A DNA stretch of 63,915 nt, filler included, from Candidatus Woesearchaeota archaeon (GCA_016180285.1; 5 parts of 5 records of this genome joined end to end with filler, not necessarily neighbours in it), one strand, 5' to 3'. Counted from the first letter of the whole stretch, positions 17,739-29,453 are shown. Translations and numbers: made by a program. The notes: generated from the letters alone by a model not told the origin.

Positions 17739-18236
17739 ATGGCAAAAACAAATATCTGGAAACAGAAATATGATAAATTAAAATTAAGAACAACAGGATA
17801 TATTTTGGGCATTTGCCAAGCCATCAGAGAAAGAGGCGGGGATGAAGAGTTAAGAAAAGTCATAGACCTTTCTGCAAAAAATTCTGCATACAATGTCAAA
17901 GTTGAAAAATTAGCGCAATTATCAAATAAGGCAGAGGCCTTGGGCAAAGAATTGGAAGCGCTGCTAAACGAATTTGATACATCAGATGCGGCTGTAATCC
18001 AAGATCTATCTAAATATAGGATTGAAAACCCGAATTGCGGATGTTTACCGCCTTTCATGCAGTTGGCTGAAAAGTATGGATTTACCAAAACAGAAGCAAG
18101 AAGCTATGCGTGCAGAAGGTGCATGCCATCCTATGAAGAGGCAGCCATCCACTTGGGTTTGGGCTTTAACGGAAAACTAACTAAAAATGGCTGTTTTATG
18201 GAGTTTCTTGAAGGGAAAAAAGATGCAAAATTATGA
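17739..18236 (+). CDS. Hypothetical protein with Cys-rich C-terminus (possibly V4R/ATC-hydrolase-like metal site)
   Basis: NPNCGC...ACRRC...GCFMEF pattern. Confidence 0.5.
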   Translation: MAKTNIWKQKYDKLKLRTTGYILGICQAIRERGGDEELRKVIDLSAKNSAYNVKVEKLAQLSNKAEALGKELEALLNEFDTSDAAVIQDLSKYRIENPNCGCLPPFMQLAEKYGFTKTEARSYACRRCMPSYEEAAIHLGLGFNGKLTKNGCFMEFLEGKKDAKL

Positions 18237-18282
18237 TGCCATTATTGTCGGAGCAGGCCCAGCAGGCTCTTCAGCAGCGTAT
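18223..18282 (+). CDS. FAD-dependent oxidoreductase (geranylgeranyl reductase/halogenase-like), truncated at contig end
   Basis: Own translation MQNYDAIIVGAGPAGSSAAY (Rossmann GxGxxG). Confidence 0.75.
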
Positions 18283-18382
18283 NNNNNNNNNNNNNNNNNN
18301 NNNNNNNNNNNNNNNNNNNNNNNNNNTTAATTAATTAANNNNNNNNNNNNNNNNNNNNNNNNNNNNNNNNNNNNNNNNNNNN
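18283..18382. other. Artificial contig linker
   Basis: N44-TTAATTAATTAA-N44 (stops in six frames). Confidence 0.97.
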
Positions 18383-18383
18383 T

Positions 18384-21300
18384 TCAGGAGTTAGCGGTCA
18401 TTTATCTAATTCGTCAACTTATAATGTAAGCGTCAAAAACATTACAGGAACTCAGGTTGATATTGTGCTGAAGAATGCGAATAAATACTGCAATAACAGC
18501 TATACTCAGGGACAAGTAACGTGGAACATCACCTCTAATCTGACTTGCGCGAATGAGACAATCTATGTAGATAGCAACATAACAATCTTCAACAACGGCA
18601 GCTTAACTCTCTATAATGTAACCATAATATTCCAGGCATTTGAAAACGGCTCTAATTTCATAAATAAATCGCCGAATGGAGGATTATTTGTTTATGATGT
18701 GGACAATAATGCTTCGACACAATACGATGCTACCTTGATAAACACAACCAACAATTTATTTGACTTTGACTTCTGGGTGTTTGGCAACGGATTGAATGAC
18801 AACTTTACGATGAGGAATTCAATAATTTTAGGAGCTGGTTATGGCTCTAAAAGCTATGGTATATCGCTTCATAACATCAGTAATTCTGTTATCGCAGGAA
18901 ACAATATAAGCGGCGGTGCAAAATATACATTATATTTGAATTACTCAACAAGCAACAACATAACTAACAATGCAATAAACATAACGTACAGTTCTGGTTC
19001 TGGCATTTCACTTAGTTCAAGCTCAAACTCAAATTCAGTGCAAGGAAATATAATAATGGCAAGCGGAACTGGCAGTAACGGTATAAGGCAATCAAACTCC
19101 ATCTCAAATAACATAACTGGAAATACAATACGGGTATATACTGAGGGCGATGGCATCCAACTTCTTTTAGGCTCTAATTTAAGCTTATTGCAAAACAACA
19201 GTATAAATGCAACATCGGGTGCTTCAGATGGTATTTCTCTCTCTTCAAGCAGCAGTTCAAATAATATAACAGATAATCAGATAGAAACAATCGGAACTAG
19301 TAGCAACGGTATTTATCTTCTTACAAGCTCAAATTCAAACACAGCCCAAAGCAATACAATAATAACGCGTGGAGGCTCTGGATTTGGAATTTGGCTTTCC
19401 TCAAGCTCAAACATAATGTTGCTGAATAACACAATAACAACAACTGGAAACACGGGTCAGGGCATTCGTATTCAGTCTAGCTCAAGCTCAAACATAACAA
19501 GCAACACAATAACAACAAGCGGCATTGCTGGTCCAGAGTGGGGAAGCAATGGCATTTATCTTCAATCAAGCTCAAACAATAGCGCAACAAGCAACATAAT
19601 AAACGCAACAGGGGCTAATGCAGATGGAATTTACATTTGGGGCAATTCAGACAACAACATTTTCAACTTAAACAACATCTCTAAATCAGGCAGAGATGGA
19701 ATAAGAATAGGAGGTTCAACAACTAATCTTCCAGAAAGAAACAACATAACAAACAACATTATTTTAAATTCAACTGGAAATGGAATATTCCTGAACAACA
19801 CATTGACAGCTTCTCAGCTTATTTACAACAACAACATCTCTTATTCAAACAACAATTCAATACAATTAAACAACGCCTCAAACATCACAATAATATCAGG
19901 CTCTCTGGAATACAGCAGAACTGGACTTAATGCTTCTCAATCTGTAAACGTTACAATAGTGAATGCAACTTTTGTGTTGAACACATTGTGGGATTTCTAC
20001 ATTATGAACAACTCTTGGATTACAAGCCTTAACAACAGCTTCAACAAGACAGGAGTAAATATAACCAATTCATTAGGCGATTACTCAAACTTTACTGTAA
20101 TGTGGTATGCCCGCGCAAATGTAACAAACTCAACTGGAAGCGCCATGAATGCTGCGTCTGTAACATCAACAGACGTCAATTCAGGAACAGACTGGACTGA
20201 TACAACAGCTTCAACTGGATTAACGGGGTGGTTTGCAACAATAGATTATATACAGAACGGAACTGTAATATTGGATTATAACCTGCATACAGGAACTGCA
20301 TCATTAACCGGATATTTGGCTAACTCCTCAACTTATAATGTAAGTGTTAAAAACATTACAGGAACTCAGGTCGATATTGTTTTGAAGAATCCAAATAGAT
20401 ACTGCAATAACAGCTATACTCAAGGGCAAGTAACGTGGAACATAACTTCTAATCTAACATGTGCAAATCAAACGATTTACGTTGACGGGAACATTACAAT
20501 CTTCAACAACGGCAGTTTGACTCTTTACAATGTCACAATCAACTTCTCTGCCTTTGCAGACGGCTCTAATTTCATCAACAAATCGCCAAATGGAGGATTG
20601 TTTATTTATGACCTTGACAGCAATGCCTCAACTCAGGAAGATGGAAGCTGGCTCATGAGCAATGATTCAAATTATGAGTTTGATTTCTGGGCTTTTGGAA
20701 ATGGAAAGAATGATAATTTTACAATGCAGAACAGCATTGTGAAGGATGCTGGGTATTCAACTGCTGGAAGTTATGGCATACAGCTTTACAATGTGAGCAA
20801 TGTTATTGTTTCATGGAACAATATAAGTGATGGTGCTCTATTTGGATTATACTTGCAATATTCAACAAACAATAACATAACAAATAATGTAATAAATACA
20901 AATGTATCTAATGGTGCTGGTATTCGTCTTGATTCAAGCTCAAACTCAAAAATATCAAATAACACGATAACAACAAGTGGTAGTCCTACTGCATATGGCA
21001 TCTTTCTTACTACAAGCTCAAACTCAAACACTTTGCAAAGCAATACAATTACAACAAATGGAAGCTCTAGTTATGGCATTTATCTTCTTTCAAGCTCTAA
21101 TTCAAACACAATACGGAGCAACACAATAACAATAAATGGAAGTGATAGTCCTGGTTTATTTGCCAGTTCCAGCTCTATTCTAACTATATCAAACAACACA
21201 ATAACAACAAGAGGGGCTTATCTTGTATCTCCTGAACCAGTTGGGATTCGTCTTTTAAGCTCAAGCTCAAACAATATAACGGGCAATACAATAACAACAA

Positions 21301-24300
21301 ATGGGGACTGGGGGTATGGCATTTATATTTCTTCAAGCTCAAATTCAAGCACATTGCAAAGCAATGCAATAACAACAAATGGAAATACTGCTTATGGCAT
21401 TCTTCTTCTTTCAAGCTCAAACAACAATGCAACAGGCAATACCATAACAACAAACGGAAGCAGTGGTTTTGGAATTGGACTTACTTCAAGCTCAAACTCA
21501 ACATTGCAAAGCAATGCAATAACAACAAGCGGAAGCTCTGGTTATGGCATTTCTCTTGCTTCAAGCTCAAGCTCAAACTCATTACAAAGCAATAATATAA
21601 CAACAAATGGAAGCACTAGTTATGGCATTTGGCTTTCTTCAAGCTCAAACAACAATGCAACAGGCAACATAATAACCGCCAATAGTACAGGCTCTGACAG
21701 CATTTACATTTTTTCTAATTCAGACAATAATATCTTTAACTTCAACAACATCTCAAAGTCAGGCAGAGATGGAATAAGGATTGGAGGCTCAGCGACTAAT
21801 CTTCCAGAAAGAAATAACATAACAAATAACATTATTTTAAACTCAACTGGAAGCGGAATATTCATAAACAACACTTTAACGGCTTCTCAGTTCATTTACA
21901 ACAACAACATTTCTTATTCAAGCAATAATTCTATACAATTAAACAATGCATCAAACATTACAATAATCTCAGGTTCTTTGGAATACAGCAGAACAGGCAT
22001 TAATGCCTCGCAATCAACAAATGTAACAATCGCAAATGCAACATTTGTCTTAAACACATTGTGGGACTTCTATATAACCAATAATTCATGGCTCATTAGC
22101 CTGAACAACAGCTTCAATTCAACTGCCGTAAACATAACAGGCTCTGCTGGTGATTTCAGCAACTTTACAGTAATGTGGTATGCAAGGGCGAATGTAACCA
22201 ATTCAAGCGGAATCCATATGAATTCTTCTAGTGTGACATCAACTGATGTATTTGGGGCATCAGAATGGACAGACACAACAACTAATGGCTTAACGGGCTG
22301 GTTTGCTGTGATTGATTACGTGCAGAATGCCAGTTCAATAAATAGCTCTAATTTGCATACAGGAACTGCATCATTAACTGGATATTTGGCTAACTCCTCA
22401 ACATATAATGTAAGCGTTAAAAACATTACAGGAACTCAGATTGATATTGTGCTGAAGAATCCGAATAAATACTGCAATAACAGCTACACGCAAGGACAAG
22501 CAACTTGGAATATCACTTCTAATCTGACCTGTGCAAATCAGACAATCTATGTTGACGGGAACATAACAATCTTCAACAACGGCTCTTTAACTCTCTATAA
22601 CGTAACCATCAACTTCTCAGCATTTGCAGACGGCTCTAATTTCATTAACAAAAGCCCAAATGGCGGTCTTTACATCTATGACTTAGACAGCAATGCATCA
22701 ACGCAGGAAGATGGAAGCTGGCTAATGAGCAATGATTCAAACTATGAATTTGACTTCTGGGCTTTTGGCAATGGAGCTAATGACAACTTTACAATGCAGA
22801 ACTCTAAAATAACAGATGCGGGATATTTAACAAACAGTTTAGGAGTACAGCTCTACAACATAAGCAATGTTGTTGTTAAAGGGAATAATATAAGCGGTGG
22901 TGCTTATTATGGCTTATATCTGCAATACTCAACGAACAACAACATCTCAAACAATCAAATAAATACAACTGCAAGCTCGGGTCATGGTATTTATCTTATT
23001 TCAAATTCTAATTCAAATACATTGTCAAGCAATACGATAAACACTTTGGGTGTAGCTGCAGCTGGTTATGGCATTTATCTTGTTTCAATCCAAAATACAA
23101 CTATATTTGGGAATACTGTAACAACAGGAACAATTGCAACTTCTGCTTATGGCATTTATGTTGTTTCAAGCAATAACTCAAACATATCAAGCAATACGAT
23201 AATAACAACAAAGGCTGACAGCTATGGAATTTATCTTGATACAAGATCAAGCTTAAACACAGTGCAGAATAACACAATAACAACAACAGGTTCAGATGGA
23301 ATTGGCATTTTTCTTTCTTCAAGCAGTAACTCAAGCATATCAAGCAATAATATAGTAACAACGGGTACTGTGGTTGGGGTTGGCAGCAACGGCATTCATC
23401 TTTCTGCAAGCTCTTATAATAATGTAACAAGCAATACAATAACGACAAATGGAAGCAATAGCTTTGGCATTTATCTTGTTTCAATCTCAAGCTCAAACAC
23501 CTTGCAAAGCAACACAATAACAACGAGGGGAGGTGTTGTTATTGATGGTAGTTATGGCATTCTTATTACTTCAAGATCAAATATAGTTCAAAGCAATAAT
23601 ATAACAACAAACGGAAGCAAGGGCTATGGCATTTACCTTTCTTCAGGCTCAAGCTCAAACACAAATATAACAGGCAATATAATAATGACAAATAACGCCA
23701 CTGGCATTCTTATTTCTTCAAGCTCAAACAACAACGCAACAAGCAACATAATTAACGCAACTGGAACAAATGCTGATGGTGTTTATATCCTTTCTGATTC
23801 AGACAACAATATACTTAACTTAAACAACATCTCAAAGCCAGGCAGAGACGGAATAAGGATTGAAAACAGCGGAACGAGCATTCCAGAAAGAAACAACATC
23901 ACAAACAACATCATTTTAAATTCAACTGGAAATGGAATTTTCTTAAACAACACTTTAACAGCTTCTCAGTTCATTTACAACAATAACATTTCTTATTCAA
24001 GCAATTTCTCAATATTATTGAGCAATGCTTCAAACATTACAATAATCTCAGGCTCTCTGGAATACAGCAGAGTGGGAATAAATGCCTCTCGGTCATTAAA
24101 TGTAACAATCGCAAATGCAACATTTGTCTTAAACACATTGTGGGACTTCTACATAACTAACAATTCATGGCTCATTAGCTTGAACAACAGCTTTAATAAG
24201 TCTGCTGTGAATGTAACCAATGCTGTAAGCGATTACTCAAACTTCACAGTCCAGTGGTATGTGGATGTTAACGTAACAGACCCAGATTCTCTTGCTGTAT

Positions 24301-27300
24301 CAGGAGCATCTGTTTATGCTTATGAAAATACAACAGGATCATGGAGTCAAGAATGGGCAGAGACAGCAGGAGGCGATGGCTTTACAGGAAAATGGGCAAC
24401 AATAGAATATGTGCAGAATGGAACAACCATTGTAAATTACACATCCAATTTCACCGCAGCTAAATCAACAAGGGCAAATTCAACTATAAAATACATAACA
24501 AGCTCGCAGCAGGTTGATGTAAGGCTGCCAGCTATAACTGAATACTGCAATGGCAACTACACAGCAGGACAGGTAAGCTGGAATATTACAAGCAACATAA
24601 CCTGCGCCAATGAGACAATCTACATTGCTGGCAACATAACAATCTTCAACAACGGCAGCTTGACATTGTATAATGTTACAATCAACTTCTCTGCATTTGC
24701 TGCTGGAAGCAATTCCATAAACAAATCGCCAAATGGAGGCTTGTTCATCTACGATTTAGACAGCAATGCCTCAACACAATACGATGCAACAAAAATAATA
24801 AGCAATAATTCAAACAACAGGTATGATTTCTGGGTTTTTGGCAATGGGTTAAATGACAACTTTACAATGCAGAACTCCATTGTGGAAGCTTCGGGTTATG
24901 GAGCTGGAAGCTTAGGAATACACCTCTATAATGTAAGCAATATTAAAATTACAGGAAACAACATGAGCGGCGGCTTAAAGTTCGGGATTATTTTAAATGC
25001 ATCAAACAATAATAATGTGTCAGGCAATTTCATAAATGAAACAGCAATTACAAACATCATCATCTACTTGGATGCTTCAGATTCAAATACAATACAGGGC
25101 AATACGCTGGTGTCAGACAATGTTAATAGCAGAGGTATTTATCTTAAAAGAGGCTCTGATTCAAACATAATAAGGAGCAATATTATTGCAACAACCGGGA
25201 ATGTTGACCATGGTATCATGGCTCAGTTAGCAAATTCAAATTTATTGATAGAAAGCAACACAATAACAACAACCGGAAATGGAAGCATTGGCATTTTTAT
25301 TCAGGCAACTTCTGAAAGCAATATAACAGGCAATAAAATAAACACATCGGGAAGAAATTCAGATAGTATTTATATTTTTGGCGATTCAAACAATAATAAG
25401 GTAGATTCGAACAATATTTCCAAATCAGGCAGAAGCGGCATAAGGCTTGAAACAAGTCTCGTAACAGTCCTTCCAGAAAGAAACAATATCACAAACAACA
25501 TAATCCTCAATTCATCATCAGATGGGATAACCATAAATAACACCTTAACAGCCTCTCAGTTCATCTACAACAACAATATCTCTTATTCCAATAACTCAAT
25601 ACTATTAAACAACGCTTCAAACATCACAATTGTTTCAGGCTCTCTTGAATACAGCATAATTGGCATAAACGCTTCACAATCAGTAAATGTAACAATCGCA
25701 AATGCAACATTTGTCTTAAACTCATTGTGGGACTTCTACATAACAAACAATTCTTGGATTACGAGCTTGAACAACAGCTTCAACAAGTCTGCTGTAAATG
25801 TAACCAATGTGCCGAATGATTACTCAAACTTCACAGCCCAATGGTATGTTGACGTCAATGTGACTTACTCCAATTCAACAGCTGTATCAGGCGCAACAGT
25901 TTTCGCATATGAAAACAGCACATCATCCTGGGTTCAAAGATGGACTGACACAACAGCTTCAAACGGATTCACAGGAAAGTGGGCTGTAATAGAGTACGTT
26001 CAGAATGCAACAAATATTGTCAATTACACATCAAACTTCACAGCAAACGATAGCACAAATGCAAATTCAACAGCAAAGTACATAACAAGCTCACAGCAAA
26101 TAGATATCAGAATACCTGTTCCAACTATAACCCAGTTCTGCAATGGCAGCTACACAGCAGGACAGGTAAGCTGGAACATAACAAGCAATGTAACATGCGC
26201 CAATGAAACAATCTACGTTGCTGGAAACATAACAATATTCAACAATGGCAGCTTAACCTTGTATAATGTAACCATAAACTTTTCTATGTTCGCAGACGGC
26301 TCTGGATTTATCAATAAAAGCCCGAATGGCGGCTTGTTTATTTACGATTTGGACAGCAATGCTTCAACTCAGGAAGATGGAAGCTGGCTCATGAGCAACG
26401 ATTCAAACTATGAATTTGACTTCTGGGCTTTTGGAAATGGCGGAAATGACAACTTTACAATGCAGAACTCTAAAGTTACGGATGCAGGTTATGGAGCTAA
26501 AAGCTTGGGAATAAATCTTTATAATGTTAGCAATGTTATAATCAAAGGAAATAACATAAGCGGCGGTGCAAGGCGTGGATTTTTCTTAGAATCTTCAACA
26601 AATAATGATTTAATAAATAATGCAATAAATAATGACGGTATTGGTGTTCTTCTTGATAAAAGTTCCTCGAATAATCTATCAAACAACATAATCACAACAA
26701 GTATCGCTAGTGCTAATGGCATTTCCCTCCGCGTGAGCTCAAATTCAAACTTGATGCAAAACAATATAATAACTCCAAGTGGAGCTGGCTCACATGGCAT
26801 TCAACTTACAGCAAGTTCAAGCTCAAATACCATATCCGGCAATAAAATCAATATAACAAGCACTAGTTCAGATGGAATCAGCCTTATTACTGATTCTGAT
26901 AACAATATAATCAACCTAAACAACATCACATTTGCAAGGAATGGCATTCAGGTAGGCGATTCAACAACAGAGCGCAACAACATAACAAACAACATAATTC
27001 TCAATTCAACAGCAGACGGAATAATCATAAATAACACCTTAACAGCTTCTCAGTTCATCTACAACAATAATATAACTTACTCTGGCTTGAATTATGCAGG
27101 AATTTTCCTTAACAATGCTTCAAATATATCCATAATTGGCGGAATTCTTGAAAATAACACCGTCGGAATAAATGCATCTCAATCAATAAACATAACTGTT
27201 GCAAATGCAACTTTCACCGGCTCTGCATTGTGGGACTTCTACATAACAAACAATTCTTGGATTACGAGCTTGAACAACAGCTTCAACAAGACAGGAGTGA

Positions 27301-29027
27301 ATGTAACCAATTCATTAGGGGATTATTCTAATTTCACCAATCAATACTATGTTGATGTTAATGTAACATGGTCAAACTCATCTGCTGTATCAGGCGCAAC
27401 AGTTTTCGCATATGAAAACAGCACATCATCCTGGGTTCAAAGATGGATTGATACAACAGCAGCAACTGGCTTTACAGGAAAGTGGGCAACAATAGAATAT
27501 GTGCAGAACGGGACTAATATCATAAATTATACTTCAAACTTCACAGCAAACTATACAACAAGCGCAAATTCAACAATAAAATATATCACGTCAAGTCAGC
27601 AGGTTGATGTCAGAATCAATGTAACTGCTCCAGGTGCTCCGCCAGCTTTCAACATAACCTTCCTGATAACAAAAGCTTTAGCGCCAGACATGGTAATGGC
27701 AGCCTCAAATGAAACAATTAATGTAACAACAACTGTGAAAGTGAACAAAACAACAAATGACATTTCATTCATAAATATCACAGATGAAATTCCGTATGAC
27801 TTCATCTATGAAAATGAATCAAGAATCGCTGTTCTTTTCATCAACTGGAGCGATGCCGGCTCAAACACAATAGACATAACAGCGAATGCTACAAAGACAA
27901 TAATAGATAACAGCGGAACAGCGAACACATGGCTCATAATAAACATCTCAAACATGTCAACTTCCTTAGGATTCTACATGACTGAAAACGACAGCATACA
28001 GATCAATTACTTAATGAACAGCTCAAAGATGAATGCAAACGATACAAGGCTCATCTACACAAATGCAACAGTAAAAGACATCGCCTCAAACACAGCAGCA
28101 GACTTCAAATTAACAAACATAACCTCATCCCAAATCGTATTAAGGGGCTATAAGAAAATATCAGCTGATCCAACCAATCCTCAAAACATTACAGTTGGCA
28201 TAGAGATGCAGTCATTAGGTGGAAAGCTGACAAGCATCTTATTAGTGGATTATTTACCAAGTTCAATATCGGCAAAATCCCAGCTAGTTGGATTAAATAT
28301 AACTTATTACAACAAGACTTCAAACAGCTACAAGACACTGACAGAGCCTGAAGACTATAAGCTTTACAACCCGTACAACTCAACGCTTCCAGACGGGCAA
28401 TTAGCTTCTGTATTTTCATACAACTTCAGCTATAACTTCACAAACTGGGACGGAACGATTTATGATAATGATTCAATCTTAATAAATTACAGCATTGCAA
28501 TAGTTGGCGGCGGAACTTGGGTGCTTCCTGCCATAATAGGCGGCTGGGATCCTCAATACCAGAAGCACATCAAGACAGAAACATATTCCCAGGCGCTTGT
28601 TCCGCTGTTCGATGTAATTTCAAGGGTATTGACTCCAAAAATAAAGCCAGGAGAAGATGTAAAAGCTTTGCTGCAAATGCTCAATGTCGGCGGCCCGAAA
28701 GCAAAAGTGGATGTCTTCATAACTTACAGCATGAAAACAATGAAGGGAGACCTGATAACAGAGAGGTCTGAAACAATAGCTGTCTTTGAGCAGAAAGAAA
28801 AGGAGCTCGTATTGCCAACCCCATCAACTGTAAAGCCAGGAATGTACACATTTGAAACTCTTGTTGCATATGCCGGCAGAGAGGCAGCTTCAACAGATGT
28901 TTTTGAAGTGTTGGGGGAAAAAGGATCTGGATTTAATGCGCAGTGGCTTATGTTCGGAATGTTCGCATTGGTGCTGGTTTTGATAATTGTTTTTGTAATG
29001 ATAAGAATGAGGAAAAAAGAGCAATAA
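18384..29027 (+). CDS. Giant membrane-anchored surface protein with five parallel beta-helix (PbH1/NosD-like) modules, >=3547 aa, 5'-truncated
   Basis: Frame is open from contig start; repeated GIYL.SSSN.N.I..N.I.T rungs; five modules starting YC/FC-N.SYT.GQ; C-terminal TM + RMRKK; dense N-x-S/T. Confidence 0.9.
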   Translation, partial: SGVSGHLSNSSTYNVSVKNITGTQVDIVLKNANKYCNNSYTQGQVTWNITSNLTCANETIYVDSNITIFNNGSLTLYNVTIIFQAFENGSNFINKSPNGGLFVYDVDNNASTQYDATLINTTNNLFDFDFWVFGNGLNDNFTMRNSIILGAGYGSKSYGISLHNISNSVIAGNNISGGAKYTLYLNYSTSNNITNNAINITYSSGSGISLSSSSNSNSVQGNIIMASGTGSNGIRQSNSISNNITGNTIRVYTEGDGIQLLLGSNLSLLQNNSINATSGASDGISLSSSSSSNNITDNQIETIGTSSNGIYLLTSSNSNTAQSNTIITRGGSGFGIWLSSSSNIMLLNNTITTTGNTGQGIRIQSSSSSNITSNTITTSGIAGPEWGSNGIYLQSSSNNSATSNIINATGANADGIYIWGNSDNNIFNLNNISKSGRDGIRIGGSTTNLPERNNITNNIILNSTGNGIFLNNTLTASQLIYNNNISYSNNNSIQLNNASNITIISGSLEYSRTGLNASQSVNVTIVNATFVLNTLWDFYIMNNSWITSLNNSFNKTGVNITNSLGDYSNFTVMWYARANVTNSTGSAMNAASVTSTDVNSGTDWTDTTASTGLTGWFATIDYIQNGTVILDYNLHTGTASLTGYLANSSTYNVSVKNITGTQVDIVLKNPNRYCNNSYTQGQVTWNITSNLTCANQTIYVDGNITIFNNGSLTLYNVTINFSAFADGSNFINKSPNGGLFIYDLDSNASTQEDGSWLMSNDSNYEFDFWAFGNGKNDNFTMQNSIVKDAGYSTAGSYGIQLYNVSNVIVSWNNISDGALFGLYLQYSTNNNITNNVINTNVSNGAGIRLDSSSNSKISNNTITTSGSPTAYGIFLTTSSNSNTLQSNTITTNGSSSYGIYLLSSSNSNTIRSNTITINGSDSPGLFASSSSILTISNNTITTRGAYLVSPEPVGIRLLSSSSNNITGNTITTNGDWGYGIYISSSSNSSTLQSNAITTNGNTAYGILLLSSSNNNATGNTITTNGSSGFGIGLTSSSNSTLQSNAITTSGSSGYGISLASSSSSNSLQSNNITTNGSTSYGIWLSSSSNNNATGNIITANSTGSDSIYIFSNSDNNIFNFNNISKSGRDGIRIGGSATNLPERNNITNNIILNSTGSGIFINNTLTASQFIYNNNISYSSNNSIQLNNASNITIISGSLEYSRTGINASQSTNVTIANATFVLNTLWDFYITNNSWLISLNNSFNSTAVNITGSAGDFSNFTVMWYARANVTNSSGIHMNSSSVTSTDVFGASEWTDTTTNGLTGWFAVIDYVQNASSINSSNLHTGTASLTGYLANSSTYNVSVKNITGTQIDIVLKNPNKYCNNSYTQGQATWNITSNLTCANQTIYVDGNITIFNNGSLTLYNVTINFSAFADGSNFINKSPNGGLYIYDLDSNASTQEDGSWLMSNDSNYEFDFWAFGNGANDNFTMQNSKITDAGYLTNSLGVQLYNISNVVVKGNNISGGAYYGLYLQYSTNNNISNNQINTTASSGHGIYLISNSNSNTLSSNTINTLGVAAAGYGIYLVSIQNTTIFGNTVTTGTIATSAYGIYVVSSNNSNISSNTIITTKADSYGIYLDTRSSLNTVQNNTITTTGSDGIGIFLSSSSNSSISSNNIVTTGTVVGVGSNGIHLSASSYNNVTSNTITTNGSNSFGIYLVSISSSNTLQSNTITTRGGVVIDGSYGILITSRSNIVQSNNITTNGSKGYGIYLSSGSSSNTNITGNIIMTNNATGILISSSSNNNATSNIINATGTNADGVYILSDSDNNILNLNNISKPGRDGIRIENSGTSIPERNNITNNIILNSTGNGIFLNNTLTASQFIYNNNISYSSNFSILLSNASNITIISGSLEYSRVGINASRSLNVTIANATFVLNTLWDFYITNNSWLISLNNSFNKSAVNVTNAVSDYSNFTVQWYVDVNVTDPDSLAVSGASVYAYENTTGSWSQEWAETAGGDGFTGKWATIEYVQNGTTIVNYTSNFTAAKSTRANSTIKYITSSQQVDVRLPAITEYCNGNYTAGQVSWNITSNITCANETIYIAGNITIFNNGSLTLYNVTINFSAFAAGSNSINKSPNGGLFIYDLDSNASTQYDATKIISNNSNNRYDFWVFGNGLNDNFTMQNSIVEASGYGAGSLGIHLYNVSNIKITGNNMSGGLKFGIILNASNNNNVSGNFINETAITNIIIYLDASDSNTIQGNTLVSDNVNSRGIYLKRGSDSNIIRSNIIATTGNVDHGIMAQLANSNLLIESNTITTTGNGSIGIFIQATSESNITGNKINTSGRNSDSIYIFGDSNNNKVDSNNISKSGRSGIRLETSLVTVLPERNNITNNIILNSSSDGITINNTLTASQFIYNNNISYSNNSILLNNASNITIVSGSLEYSIIGINASQSVNVTIANATFVLNSLWDFYITNNSWITSLNNSFNKSAVNVTNVPNDYSNFTAQWYVDVNVTYSNSTAVSGATVFAYENSTSSWVQRWTDTTASNGFTGKWAVIEYVQNATNIVNYTSNFTANDSTNANSTAKYITSSQQIDIRIPVPTITQFCNGSYTAGQVSWNITSNVTCANETIYVAGNITIFNNGSLTLYNVTINFSMFADGSGFINKSPNGGLFIYDLDSNASTQEDGSWLMSNDSNYEFDFWAFGNGGNDNFTMQNSKVTDAGYGAKSLGINLYNVSNVIIKGNNISGGARRGFFLESSTNNDLINNAINNDGIGVLLDKSSSNNLSNNIITTSIASANGISLRVSSNSNLMQNNIITPSGAGSHGIQLTASSSSNTISGNKINITSTSSDGISLITDSDNNIINLNNITFARNGIQVGDSTTERNNITNNIILNSTADGIIINNTLTASQFIYNNNITYSGLNYAGIFLNNASNISIIGGILENNTVGINASQSINITVANATFTGSALWDFYITNNSWITSLNNSFNKTGVNVTNSLGDYSNFTNQYYVDVNVTWSNSSAVSGATVFAYENSTSSWVQRWIDTTAATGFTGKWATIEYVQNGTNIINYTSNFTANYTTSANSTIKYITSSQQVDVRINVTAPGAPPAFNITFLITKALAPDMVMAASNETINVTTTVKVNKTTNDISFINITDEIPYDFIYENESRIAVLFINWSDAGSNTIDITANATKTIIDNSGTANTWLIINISNMSTSLGFYMTENDSIQINYLMNSSKMNANDTRLIYTNATVKDIASNTAADFKLTNITSSQIVLRGYKKISADPTNPQNITVGIEMQSLGGKLTSILLVDYLPSSISAKSQLVGLNITYYNKTSNSYKTLTEPEDYKLYNPYNSTLPDGQLASVFSYNFSYNFTNWDGTIYDNDSILINYSIAIVGGGTWVLPAIIGGWDPQYQKHIKTETYSQALVPLFDVISRVLTPKIKPGEDVKALLQMLNVGGPKAKVDVFITYSMKTMKGDLITERSETIAVFEQKEKELVLPTPSTVKPGMYTFETLVAYAGREAASTDVFEVLGEKGSGFNAQWLMFGMFALVLVLIIVFVMIRMRKKEQ

Positions 29028-29042
29028 AATGAAAAATAAGAA

Positions 29043-29453
29043 TCAGGATTTCAGCAATTCATCGATCAATTCTTCAGTTGTGTATACTTTAACCAGCGAC
29101 TGCATTTTGAGATGTGGGTCATTAGACCAAATAGCGGCTTTAATTGATAAAGCTAGTGCAACGTATGGTTCATCATCTGAATCAGGCAAGGAATTTTTTG
29201 CTGCCTTAAGAAATCCCTTATATTCAGGAAAATCAATGAATTCAATCTTCTCCTCAATTTCTTTCTGTCTTATCTCAAACTCATATTCTGAAAGGCCTGA
29301 TTTCAATAAGCAATCTAATTTATGCTCTTCAAATTCGGATTTTAAGAAGCTAGGAGCACAAAATTTAACTCCGAGTGTGGAGAAAATATACGAATTGATA
29401 GATAATGGATTCATAAGTGAAAATAGTATATTATTATCAGGTATAAGTATCAT
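29043..29453 (-). CDS. PIN-domain (VapC-like) toxin
   Basis: IPDNNILFS, DSDDEPYVALAL, IWSNDPHL. Confidence 0.88.
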   Translation of the reverse strand: MILIPDNNILFSLMNPLSINSYIFSTLGVKFCAPSFLKSEFEEHKLDCLLKSGLSEYEFEIRQKEIEEKIEFIDFPEYKGFLKAAKNSLPDSDDEPYVALALSIKAAIWSNDPHLKMQSLVKVYTTEELIDELLKS

